A stretch of DNA of 64,000 nucleotides from Acidimicrobiaceae bacterium (GTDB lineage: Bacteria > Actinomycetota > Acidimicrobiia > Acidimicrobiales > Poriferisodalaceae). The number at the start of each line of letters is the position of its first letter. The stretch's first letter is position 1. A program made the translations under genes and the position numbers. The stretch covers positions 20,612 to 84,611 of the forward strand of contig PBHE01000002.1 of assembly GCA_002719335.1 (NCBI GenBank), read 5' to 3'. Below the pieces are notes generated by a model. It worked only from the letters and a program-made list of their open reading frames with translations. It did no database searches and had not been told where the DNA came from. Of this stretch, positions 27,936-36,826 are shown piece by piece.

Positions 27936-29507
27936 TCAGATACCCAGCTCTTCGAGCATCGGAATGAGATCTCTGCGGAGCAATTTCCCGGTTGAAGTTC
28001 GAGGCAGTTCATCCATCAAGTGGACCGCCTCCGGTCGTTTGAAAGGAGCAAGTTTTTCCTTCGCGAACGCAACGAGTTCGTCCCCGGTCACTCCGCTTCC
28101 ATCACGCACAACGGCTGCCGCCACAACCCGCTCGCCCCATTCTTCCGACGCCACACCTACAACTGCGCATTCTAGGACTGCACCGTTTTCGTAAAGAACC
28201 GCCTCTACTTCATCAGGCGAAACGTTCTCGCCGCCGCGAATAATCACGTCTCCCGTACGACCGGCGAGGAAGAGGTAGTCATCTTCATCGAGGTAACCAA
28301 GATCACCAGTGTGAACCCAACCCTCGTCGTCGACTGTGATTCGGGTCTTTTCTTCATTACCCCAATATCCGTCCATAGCTCGGAACGTGCGCAGTTGCAC
28401 CTCGCCAAGAGTCCCGACGGCCACCGGTGCGCCCTCTTCGTCAACCACCCGGACTTCGACGTCATCGAGTACTTGACCTACCGAGGAAAGCCTCTTCAAT
28501 TTGACAGCTTGTTCCTCCTCGGAACCTTCTACCCGATGGTCATCAGGGTCGAGCACCGCGACAGTTGAGGTCGTTTCGGTTTGTCCGTACGCCCCGGCAA
28601 AGGACACATTGGACGGAAATTCACCGATCGCTCTGCGGATAACCGACGGCGGCATCGGTGCAGCACCATAGGTGATGGCTTCCATCCCTGTGAACGCATC
28701 CGCAGAGAAATTCGGTGCCTCCATAACACGTCCTAGCATTGTTGGAACAAGGAAGGCATGAGTGACAGCGTGTTGTTGGACTGTATCTATCCACGCTGCC
28801 GCTTCGAACTGAGGCAGTAGGACTACTACTCGTCCGCTGTACAGGGCATTCAGCATCGAGGTGACGCCGGCGATGTGGTACAGCGGAGCGGCCAGAGCCA
28901 TTCGACCCATATCTTCTCCAGTTGCCGCGTCGTTCGTTCCCATGACGTAGCCGGTGACGGCTCCGTTGGTCAGCTTCACCCCTTTGGGTAGCGATGTCGT
29001 CCCGCTCGTATATAAAAGAGCGCATAGACCGTCAGAGTCAACATCTTCTGGCACCGGCAACTCAAAGGCCTCATCACGAGCTACGACGTAGGAGTCTTCT
29101 TCGTTGAGCATAAACACGTGCTCAACGCTGTCTGGACGATTCTCATCGACCAGGTCTCGGTATCGACTTTCAGTGAAAAGAACCTTGATGCCGCTATCGG
29201 ACATTAGATGAGCGGCTTCTTCAGCACCGGCACGGAAGTTCATCGGAACGACGGTGGCGCCCACGAAAGCGGCGCCGAACATCGCTTCTACGCATTCGAC
29301 ACTATTCGTGGCGAAGATACCGACGCGGTCACCAACCTCTACCCCGAGCGTGGTGAGTAAACCACCGGTTTTACCAACATTTTCTAAAAGTTCAGAGTAG
29401 GTAACTTGGCGCGCGGCCTCTCCATCTTTCTCCGTTGAAGTATCAATTAGGATTATCTGCTCACCAGCAATCGACGCCGGCATAAAAAGCAACATTCCCA
29501 GGTTCAC
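27936..29507 (-). CDS. AMP-dependent acyl-CoA synthetase/ligase
   Basis: It has LLYTSGTTSLPKGV (AMP-binding P-loop), GYGQTE-like AYGQTET, and WVHTGDLGYLDEDDYLFLAGRTGDVIIRGGENV. I chose the GTG at 29507 with GGGGGGA upstream; the ORF maximum is 29567. Confidence 0.85.
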   Translation of the reverse strand: MNLGMLLFMPASIAGEQIILIDTSTEKDGEAARQVTYSELLENVGKTGGLLTTLGVEVGDRVGIFATNSVECVEAMFGAAFVGATVVPMNFRAGAEEAAHLMSDSGIKVLFTESRYRDLVDENRPDSVEHVFMLNEEDSYVVARDEAFELPVPEDVDSDGLCALLYTSGTTSLPKGVKLTNGAVTGYVMGTNDAATGEDMGRMALAAPLYHIAGVTSMLNALYSGRVVVLLPQFEAAAWIDTVQQHAVTHAFLVPTMLGRVMEAPNFSADAFTGMEAITYGAAPMPPSVIRRAIGEFPSNVSFAGAYGQTETTSTVAVLDPDDHRVEGSEEEQAVKLKRLSSVGQVLDDVEVRVVDEEGAPVAVGTLGEVQLRTFRAMDGYWGNEEKTRITVDDEGWVHTGDLGYLDEDDYLFLAGRTGDVIIRGGENVSPDEVEAVLYENGAVLECAVVGVASEEWGERVVAAAVVRDGSGVTGDELVAFAKEKLAPFKRPEAVHLMDELPRTSTGKLLRRDLIPMLEELGI

Positions 29508-29629
29508 GTTGTCCCCCCGTTGTCTAGGGGAATGATCGCGGATGAAAGCACCCGCGCGCCACACCACACCGATGATTCCTTTAACTAACTTGACTGAAGT
29601 GCAACTCAGATGCGGGTTATTCTGCCGTC

Positions 29630-30253
29630 ATGGCAAAGAACATTGAATTTTGGGTCGACCCCATATGACCTTGGTGCTGGGTGACGGCCCGTTGGGTTGT
29701 CGACGAAGTAGCAGCAGAACGTGATCTGTCAATCACTTGGCAGCCGATCAGTCTCCTTTTCAAGAATGAGCCACCTAAGGATTCCCCGTACTACGAGAGC
29801 ACGGCTACCACGCACAACATGTTGAGGGTGATGGAGTCGGTACGGGCTGCTGGGAATGAAGACAAGGTTTTCGATCTCTACTGGGAGTTATCTAGCCGCA
29901 TCCACCACGACGGCGACAGAGACTTCGACATCCAAGAGGCGCTGCTCCAAGTCGGTCTAGACGACGCTCATTCGGCCGCTGCCGAGGACGAATCATGGGA
30001 CGCAGTGATCCGAGAACGGATGGATGCAGGTCTTGCCCTAGTGGGCAACGATGTTGGGACACCCATAATCGCCTGGGACCGAGCTGATGGCGAACGCGTC
30101 GGTTTGTTCGGGCCCGTCATCACTCGGGTTCCCAAGGGCGAAGACGCCCTCAAGCTTTGGGACGCAATGATGGCGATGGGCGATATAGACGGGTTTTGGG
30201 AACTGAAAAAAACTCGCACCGAACGACCAGAATTTGGGCAGCGTCCCGCGTGA
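29630..30253 (+). CDS. DsbA-like thiol reductase of the Rv2466c (mycothiol-dependent reductase) type, with in-frame TGA at 29666-29668 (candidate selenocysteine, U-P-W-C)
   Basis: The ATG at 29630 is in frame with track ORF 29681..30253. The translation reads MAKNIEFWVDPI-U-PWCWVTARWVV, matching the family N-terminus FWFDPxCPWCW. The C-terminal FGPVITRVPKGEDALKLWD...FWELKKTRTE also matches. No SD precedes the GTG at 29681. Confidence 0.7.
29682..29702 (+). promoter_or_regulatory. candidate bacterial SECIS hairpin
   Basis: UGACGGCCC (29682-29690) pairs with GGGUUGUCG (29694-29702), giving 9 bp of which 3 are G-U. The apical loop is GUU (29691-29693). The loop begins 22 nt after the UGA and starts with G-U. 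Confidence 0.45.
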
Positions 30254-31425
30254 ATCCCAAGATCTTTCGAGATCTCAAAGTCATTGACACCGACAGTCAT
30301 TGGTCAGAGCCATACGATTTGTGGACGAGCCGAGCACCACTTAAATGGCGCGATCGCGTACCTCAGATGGTGGAACGCCACGGCAAGCGACGCTGGTGGT
30401 TTGACGGTGATATTTCCATAGGCCTACCCATCGCGTCGTCTGTGATAAATCCTGAGGGGGAAAAGATCACTGGCACCGCATTCTTCGACATGGACAACGA
30501 CGTCGTTCATCGAGCCAGTTTCGATCCTGAAGCTAGGGTTTCGATGCTCGATGCTTTAGGCATACATGCTCAGATTATGTATCCAAACGTGGCTGGTTTT
30601 GGCAATCAAAACTTTCTCAAGTCTCCCGATGCTGTTCTCCGACTACTAAGCGTCGAGATCTACAACGATGCGTTAGCGGAGTTCCAAGCGGACAGCAGAG
30701 ATCGGGTACTGGGTATGGCGCTTCTGCCTTGGTGGGATCTAGAAGCAGCGGTGAGAGAGATCGAGCGGGCCCATTCAAACGGGCTTCGGGGAGTCGTAAC
30801 GTGCGCGAATCCTGAAGAAGCAGGAGTGCCAGACATGGGGACGGCACATTGGGATCCGATTTGGCAAACATGCTCCGATCTCAACATGCCAGTCAATTTT
30901 CATATTGGTTCCTCTAAAGGCAACATGGACTTCTTTGGGCGGGCGCCATGGCCATCGTTTGGTGAGGAGCGAAAGCTTGCCGTCGGCTCGGCCAATTTGT
31001 TTATGGGGAACGCGAGAACAATCGGCAATCTGATCTACTCGGGGATCCCGGAGCGCTTCCCCGCGTTGAAGTTTGTTTCCGTTGAGAGCGGAGTCGGCTG
31101 GGTACCATTTTTCCTCGAAATGCTCGACCACCAAATGAGCGAAACGGCGCCCAATGAGCTCGCCGGGTTGTCGTTACTCCCTTCAGAATATTTCAAGCGT
31201 CAGTTTTTTGGTTGTTTTTGGTTTGAGAGATCAACCATCAAACCGACCATCGAGTTTCTGGGGAGCCAGTGCCTTTTATTCGAAACGGACTTTCCTCATC
31301 CCACCTGCCTCTACCCAAGAAACGACGTTGAACTTATGGAAGCCTTTGAGGGTGTCAAAGAAGAAGACATTCGGGCAATTCTTCAAGATAACGCTGCGGA
31401 CTTGTACCGAATAGATATTTCCTAA
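30250..31425 (+). CDS. amidohydrolase-2 family protein (ACMSD/LigW-like)
   Basis: The GTG at 30250 overlaps the upstream TGA (GTGA). It has VIDTDSHWSEPYDLW at the N-terminus and FETDFPHPTC near the C-terminus. Confidence 0.75.
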   Translation: MNPKIFRDLKVIDTDSHWSEPYDLWTSRAPLKWRDRVPQMVERHGKRRWWFDGDISIGLPIASSVINPEGEKITGTAFFDMDNDVVHRASFDPEARVSMLDALGIHAQIMYPNVAGFGNQNFLKSPDAVLRLLSVEIYNDALAEFQADSRDRVLGMALLPWWDLEAAVREIERAHSNGLRGVVTCANPEEAGVPDMGTAHWDPIWQTCSDLNMPVNFHIGSSKGNMDFFGRAPWPSFGEERKLAVGSANLFMGNARTIGNLIYSGIPERFPALKFVSVESGVGWVPFFLEMLDHQMSETAPNELAGLSLLPSEYFKRQFFGCFWFERSTIKPTIEFLGSQCLLFETDFPHPTCLYPRNDVELMEAFEGVKEEDIRAILQDNAADLYRIDIS

Positions 31426-31531
31426 TCAACGGTTCCGCTATCTATGCGCAAAGCGCCAAGAAAGCGCCAGACTAAGGTCATCCTCATCGAAAAGTCTGGT
31501 CTAGGTCACCGATTTTCGAGCTAACTCTTCT

Positions 31532-32488
31532 CTAACCATTGTCGCCGGGGTTACCAGGCTCAACTTTGCTGAATTCATAATTTCGGGCAACGCTGTCGGC
31601 GTCTCCTGAGACCTCAGCCGGCACACCGTGAACTTCGATTCTGTGCCGGATCACCTCATTATCTCTCGACGCAGGTATAGGTGTTTGTCCCTCAACGGTC
31701 ACTCTTTCCATGCGTCGCCGCTGCGGCCAATAGTCAACGGGCGCATAGTGCTGAACCGATCGGTTATCCCAGATGACCACAGTTCCCGGTTTCCATTTGA
31801 TCCGAAGTTGGGTCTCTGGCCGAGCAGTTTGTTGTAACAAAAATTCAAGTATCGAGCGGCCCTCCTCATCCGGCAGTTCGTTTATTCGCTCGGTGAAGTG
31901 CCGATTGACGTACAACACAGTCGCCGACGTCTCAGGGTGAAGTGTCAGCACTGGGTGGTTAGCGCGCGGGAAGCGCCCCTCAATCTCGCGGAACGTGGCA
32001 AGGTCTGTTTCTAGTAGATCTCGAAATCGGCCAAATCCATGAAACGCCGTCAACCCACTGAGATACGACTGCATGCGGTCGCTTAGGAAGTCGAACGCCC
32101 CACGCATTGAGCAAAAGACGGTGTCACCGCCCAGTCGAGGACTTATTAGGGCTTTTAAGATGGTGAGCTTGGGAGGTTCGAGCTTGTAGGTCTCGTCTGC
32201 ATGCCAAATGTCGGTCAGTGGCCGCTTCGATTGAGCGTCTGTCTCAAGCACAATGAGTTCAGGCTGGGTGGCGGATCTCGGCGAAAAGGGCGAAATCGCG
32301 AGCTCGCCAAACAAACGGCCAAAGTTCAGCTGTTCCTCCGCACTCAAACGCTGATCACGAATCACCAACACTTCGTGTTGGCTGATTAGCTCGTTGATTT
32401 CATCGAATCCGTTCGAAGCAGTGACCGCGCCCAGATCGATATTCGTTAATTCGGCCCCAAATACCGGCCCTAAGCGCTCTAGTCGCAT
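31532..32488 (-). CDS. TauD/TfdA-family Fe(II)/2-oxoglutarate-dependent dioxygenase
   Basis: It has WHADETY (HxD/E), the PPKLTILKA strand and VIWDNRSVQHYA. The ATG at 32488 has GAGGGGG 6 nt upstream. Confidence 0.8.
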   Translation of the reverse strand: MRLERLGPVFGAELTNIDLGAVTASNGFDEINELISQHEVLVIRDQRLSAEEQLNFGRLFGELAISPFSPRSATQPELIVLETDAQSKRPLTDIWHADETYKLEPPKLTILKALISPRLGGDTVFCSMRGAFDFLSDRMQSYLSGLTAFHGFGRFRDLLETDLATFREIEGRFPRANHPVLTLHPETSATVLYVNRHFTERINELPDEEGRSILEFLLQQTARPETQLRIKWKPGTVVIWDNRSVQHYAPVDYWPQRRRMERVTVEGQTPIPASRDNEVIRHRIEVHGVPAEVSGDADSVARNYEFSKVEPGNPGDNG

Positions 32489-32608
32489 CGCAGACCCCCT
32501 CGCAGAGGCTAGCAATGGCAGCCCCTCAATCGCTTACCCCGACGGCGGTGGACCCAAATTCGTCTGCGACGAGTGGTAGCGCAAACGATTGAACGGACGC
32601 TCTGAAAT

Positions 32609-32905
32609 TTACCGGTGGGTGACTTTTTTCAGGTTGTCGATATGAGCACCAAGCTCGGAAGCGGCACGCATCATCCCAAGTCTCCAAGAGATCGCTCCTT
32701 GGAACGGGTACATAACCCAGATATCGATCGCACCCGAGTTCGATAGTTGTTCTGTGAACCGCAGACTCCTCGTTCGTCCCTTGAAGCGCATCGTCACTCC
32801 GACCGAACCGTCTTTCATTGTTAGGGGTTCGTCCATTCCAAGGCCGGCGTTGCGGCCTTCGATGACGGCGGTGCGAGCTTGTTGTCGCAGAACAGCGGTA
32901 TTCAT
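32609..32905 (-). CDS. hypothetical protein (98 aa)
   Basis: It is the only substantial ORF in an otherwise empty 500-nt interval. I recognise no motif. Confidence 0.35.
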   Translation of the reverse strand: MNTAVLRQQARTAVIEGRNAGLGMDEPLTMKDGSVGVTMRFKGRTRSLRFTEQLSNSGAIDIWVMYPFQGAISWRLGMMRAASELGAHIDNLKKVTHR

Positions 32906-33065
32906 GTCGTCGTGGACATTAACCGGCTTATCGAACTCATTAACTCATTTAAGCGATTTTGCGTATATCTGACCTCGTGCTGATCAACTTGGGCTTGAAG
33001 AGCATAACGGGGCACATTTATGCCGGAGTTCGTTGTTAAGACGGCGGAACGCTAGTTTCGGCCCT

Positions 33066-34301
33066 ATGAGAGAATTGGTTGAAAGTCCGCTCACGGGAAT
33101 AAACGTCGTCGAGATCACCTCAATTTATTCCGGCCCAATGGCGGGAATGATGCTCGGCGAACTCGGAGCACACGTCATTAAGGTGGAGAGCCCCGATGGG
33201 CCCGACCCACTTCGTTCAGGTGGTTTAGCTGGGGGACCCGATGGTGTTAATAGCATTTTTTATTCCTTGAATCGCGGGAAACGGTTCTGCGCTATAGACG
33301 CCAAGACTTCTCGCGGTCGCGAACTGCTTTTCGATCTCGTCGCTCAAGCAGACATATTCATCCACAACATGCGTCCTGGAAAAGCAGAAGGATTAGGCCT
33401 CGATTACGACGTTCTATCCAAAACCAACCCCGGCCTCATCTACGGATCCATCTCTGGTCATGGGCCCGACGGCCCAGAGGCCCACCTACCGGCCTACGAC
33501 TACGTGGTGCAAGCAAAATTGGGCATGGTCGACTATCAGAGAGATCGAGAAGGGCGGGGAGATCTAGTGAGACAGGTGGTCGTCGACAAGACCTCAGCGA
33601 ATGCGCTGGTTCAAGCTGTGTTGGCGGCCCTTTACATGCGAGAAAAGACAGGCCGGGGACAAAAGGTAGAAATCCCTATGGTCGCCGCGGGACTGGCTTT
33701 TCTCTGGCCAGATGGACTAGCGGCAGCACACGCTGAACTCAACCCAGCGATTCCTTTGGAACAAATCCCTCCTTGGCTGGAGTCGGCCCCAGGATCGTTT
33801 TTAGTTGTGCTGCAAACCTCCAACGGCGAAATTGCTACCGGGATTCTTTTACCCCCTTGGGACGGTTTGTGTCTCGCGTTGGAGCGAACCGATTGGCTTA
33901 CAGATGAACGATTTTCTGAGCAACTCAGTCGGATCCTGAATCTCCCTGAATTAATAGAGGAGGTCAGCTCGGAGGTCGCAAAATATTCGACCGAGGAAAT
34001 TCTCGCTCGTTTTGAAGAGCACGACTTCGCAGCTGGAAAGGTAGTCACTCGAAGAGAGGTCCAAGAAGACCCGACCGTGAAGCACCTCGGTTTGATTAGT
34101 GAGCAGGAAGCGCCCGGTTTAGGCCAAGTGCGTCAGCCCGCTCCCATGTGGATGTTCAGCGGCGCCAAAACCCAGATCACTACGAGTCTCAATTCAACTG
34201 GTGGCGACTCGCGTGAGATTCTTGGTGAGTTAGGGATTTCCGACACCGAATTCGAACGGTTACAACATGAAGGCATCGTGTTTGTCGCATCGAGCGATTA
34301 A
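33066..34301 (+). CDS. family III CoA-transferase (CaiB/BaiF)
   Basis: It has GINVVEITSIYSGPMAGMMLGELGAHVIKVESP and PAYDYVVQAKLG. The start is uncertain (TTG 33033 or ATG 33066). Confidence 0.8.
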   Translation: MRELVESPLTGINVVEITSIYSGPMAGMMLGELGAHVIKVESPDGPDPLRSGGLAGGPDGVNSIFYSLNRGKRFCAIDAKTSRGRELLFDLVAQADIFIHNMRPGKAEGLGLDYDVLSKTNPGLIYGSISGHGPDGPEAHLPAYDYVVQAKLGMVDYQRDREGRGDLVRQVVVDKTSANALVQAVLAALYMREKTGRGQKVEIPMVAAGLAFLWPDGLAAAHAELNPAIPLEQIPPWLESAPGSFLVVLQTSNGEIATGILLPPWDGLCLALERTDWLTDERFSEQLSRILNLPELIEEVSSEVAKYSTEEILARFEEHDFAAGKVVTRREVQEDPTVKHLGLISEQEAPGLGQVRQPAPMWMFSGAKTQITTSLNSTGGDSREILGELGISDTEFERLQHEGIVFVASSD

Positions 34302-34388
34302 CAAATAACACCCACGAGCATGCGCTATAGGCGAGAACGCAGCTCGCTAATGGCAGCAGAGCGCTCGGCGTTAATTAGCTTCTCGCTT

Positions 34389-35093
34389 TCAGCTATTAAC
34401 GGCCAAGCGGCGTTCGAGTTCTAGCCCTAGATAAAGAGGCAAGTCCTTCGAAGCTGCAATGCATCTGCGTAAATTCATCGCTACGTCAGGGTCAAGAAGC
34501 GCCAGCTCTGCCGCACGTCTCTCTGCAATATGGTCAAGTTCGGCAGGGTCGATCGCTTCGGCGACGATACCGAGTTCCATAGCGTCATCTATATCTAAGT
34601 TGCGACCCATGAGGACAATTGGAGCAGCGGCGTGAGGCCCAACTAATCGAGTGAGGGTTTGTGTCCCACCTGCTGCCGGGAGCATGCCTAATTTAGTTTC
34701 GGGCAGACCTAGAACCACATCCGTCGCAGCGATTCGCAGGTCGCACAACATTGCCATCTCAAGTCCCGAGCCAACCGCGTATCCCTTGAGTGCGACAACA
34801 GTAGGAATAGACAACCCAAGAAGAGGTAGCCAAGGGTCTCGATCCCATCGGATTCTCCGACCTTCGAAGATTGAAGAGGCAGAGCCGAATTCAGTGAGAT
34901 CTGCCCCGGCACTGAAGTGAGGGCCTTCGGCTCGAAGCAGCAGACATCGCGCGTCTGGATTGTCACGAACAGCGGCTATCGATTCGATGAGTCCGTCCCG
35001 CATTTCGAGGTCATAAACGTTCAGAGGTGGATTGCATATGAGGACGGTAGCTACGCCTTGATCAGAAAAGGAAAGAGTGACACGATCAGTCAT
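34389..35093 (-). CDS. enoyl-CoA hydratase/isomerase (crotonase) family protein
   Basis: It has FSAGADL and VALKGYAVGSGLEMAMLCDLRIA. The ATG at 35093 overlaps the upstream TGA (ATGA). Confidence 0.8.
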   Translation of the reverse strand: MTDRVTLSFSDQGVATVLICNPPLNVYDLEMRDGLIESIAAVRDNPDARCLLLRAEGPHFSAGADLTEFGSASSIFEGRRIRWDRDPWLPLLGLSIPTVVALKGYAVGSGLEMAMLCDLRIAATDVVLGLPETKLGMLPAAGGTQTLTRLVGPHAAAPIVLMGRNLDIDDAMELGIVAEAIDPAELDHIAERRAAELALLDPDVAMNLRRCIAASKDLPLYLGLELERRLAVNS

Positions 35094-36058
35094 GACGACC
35101 GCCTGAGACCGGCAACAGATCGATCCAATGACACCCGGCATTGTTTGGGCGCGTCACCTGCTAACTGAGCGAGGGCCGTGGCGCAGGCTTCGAGGCCGGC
35201 AAGGGGATCGGGATAAGAGAACGCTGGCGTTAATGGGCAACCGTCAACCCATCCCATTCCCGAGGCTGCGTGAACTCCCGTTCCATAGGCAACCCAATCG
35301 CTCTCGTTGCTGCCGGAAGCGAACGCTGTGATCGATAACAGCGCAAGATCAGGGTTCACGGCATGGAGGCGATCTGAGCTGATACCCAAATTCGCGTTAG
35401 CCCTCGGCGAGAGCGACGTTACGACTATGTCTGCAGAACGCAACAGCTGATGAAACTCGCCTCCCTCAGAGCAATAGCGGAGATCAATATCGGCAATCTC
35501 CTTCGACTTGTTCAGCTCGACAAACATTGGAGCGTTACCGGAGCCGTCATCACCGTCCCCGTACCGCAAACCATCTGGGCGGGACGATGGCTCGATCTTC
35601 ACAACTCTTGCACCCGCGAGCGCAAGCAGTTCCGTACAAAACGGTCCCGCCCACATCGAAGTCAAATCCACCACTCTCACGGTCCGGAGATCTATGCGGC
35701 GGCGGCAATTACCGAGATTATTAGATTGCTGAGGTAGTGGCTTTGACCGGTATGGGGTTACTGGGAGACGCCAAATTTGGGCTCTTTGGGCGACTGATTC
35801 AGGATCGACATCAGATTCAACGATGCCCGCGAAGGTCTCCCAGGTGGCCAGGTCATCGGGCCCTAAATCAAGGCAGAGATAGCCTTCCCCCCATCGGCAT
35901 GGAACTGGCGGTCGAGTTGGTTCATTCACAGCTCGCTCGGGAAGTTCTAACCAATAGTCGATCGCTCCTATAAATTGCTCACCCAACCGTCTCTCTATAG
36001 TTGCCGCAAGTTGCGCTCCTCGTTCGTACAGGCGGGGCGGAAGCCAATATCCGGTCAT
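35090..36058 (-). CDS. truncated/divergent family III CoA-transferase-like protein
   Basis: An unrecognised N-terminal segment of about 130 aa comes first. It is followed by VRVVDLTSMWAGPFCTELLALAGARVVKIEPS and about 190 aa of the CaiB large domain. The protein ends before the small domain. Confidence 0.6.
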   Translation of the reverse strand: MTGYWLPPRLYERGAQLAATIERRLGEQFIGAIDYWLELPERAVNEPTRPPVPCRWGEGYLCLDLGPDDLATWETFAGIVESDVDPESVAQRAQIWRLPVTPYRSKPLPQQSNNLGNCRRRIDLRTVRVVDLTSMWAGPFCTELLALAGARVVKIEPSSRPDGLRYGDGDDGSGNAPMFVELNKSKEIADIDLRYCSEGGEFHQLLRSADIVVTSLSPRANANLGISSDRLHAVNPDLALLSITAFASGSNESDWVAYGTGVHAASGMGWVDGCPLTPAFSYPDPLAGLEACATALAQLAGDAPKQCRVSLDRSVAGLRRSS

Positions 36059-36732
36059 CGGCCCGAAAAGTCAGGGGGCCGTTTGGCAAAAAATGCTGCT
36101 AAGCCCTCGGCCCGGTCCTCTGTGGCGGCTAGTTGGTGGTTGAGATCGCCTTCAAGTCGGAGACCATCTCGCAATGGCAATTCGCTTCCTCGATGGATGG
36201 CCTCCTTAGCCAGCTCAAGAGCCAACGGACCGCAGGCCAAGAGTGATTCGATAACTCCGGCGAGATCTGCGTCGACATCATGCGCTATTTCATGGACCAA
36301 ACCCCATGCACGAGACGTTGTCGCATCGAGCTCGCTGCCAAGTAGAAGCATCGAAGAGGCACGTCCGTGAGATATTGCTCGCGGGAGTCGCTGCGTGCCT
36401 CCCCACATTGGCAACTTGCCTTCACGCGCATCAGCGAGAGAGAAGACAGAATCAGGGGTGGCAATTCTTATGTCACATGCAAGCGCCAATTCCAGTCCAA
36501 CCGAAACACATGAGCCAGAAAGAAGTCCGACCACTGGAACGCGCAGACTGGACAATGAGGACGCCGGATCTGGAGAGACGGCCGCTGGATCTAGATCTTG
36601 AGCTGACCCTGTGCAGAAGTCGTTGGCAGATGTTCTGAGGACTACAACTCTTGGATCTCGATCTTCTCGAAGTAGTTCACACGTTTGGCTTATGCCTCTA
36701 GCTACGCGCGCGGTCAGGAGGCCGCCTGGCAA
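36055..36732 (-). CDS. enoyl-CoA hydratase/isomerase (crotonase) family protein, short
   Basis: It has FCTGSAQDL (compare FxAGxD) and SVGLELALACDIRIA, and is 225 aa. It has a 4-nt overlap with the downstream gene. Confidence 0.65.
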   Translation of the reverse strand: MPGGLLTARVARGISQTCELLREDRDPRVVVLRTSANDFCTGSAQDLDPAAVSPDPASSLSSLRVPVVGLLSGSCVSVGLELALACDIRIATPDSVFSLADAREGKLPMWGGTQRLPRAISHGRASSMLLLGSELDATTSRAWGLVHEIAHDVDADLAGVIESLLACGPLALELAKEAIHRGSELPLRDGLRLEGDLNHQLAATEDRAEGLAAFFAKRPPDFSGR

Positions 36733-36826
36733 AGTCAGGGTTACGACGCGCCGATCGCTAGATCGAGCAACGGCGACAGAATCAACCTGCAGAACAGTCC
36801 TCGCGGTTTCTTGGCCGGCCGACTAC

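Noticed and set aside
30157-30249. The long N-terminal extension of the amidohydrolase ORF in the track (start 30157).
   Set aside because: The extension lies inside the DsbA-like coding region in another frame. It has an Arg-rich, low-complexity translation. The family N-terminus (VIDTDSHW) follows directly after GTG 30250, which overlaps the upstream stop.
31467-31499. The inverted repeat CCAGACT-N19-AGTCTGG between the convergent amidohydrolase and TauD genes. It was considered as a bidirectional terminator.
   Set aside because: It has only 7 bp with a 19-nt loop and no flanking T/A tracts. That is too weak to call.
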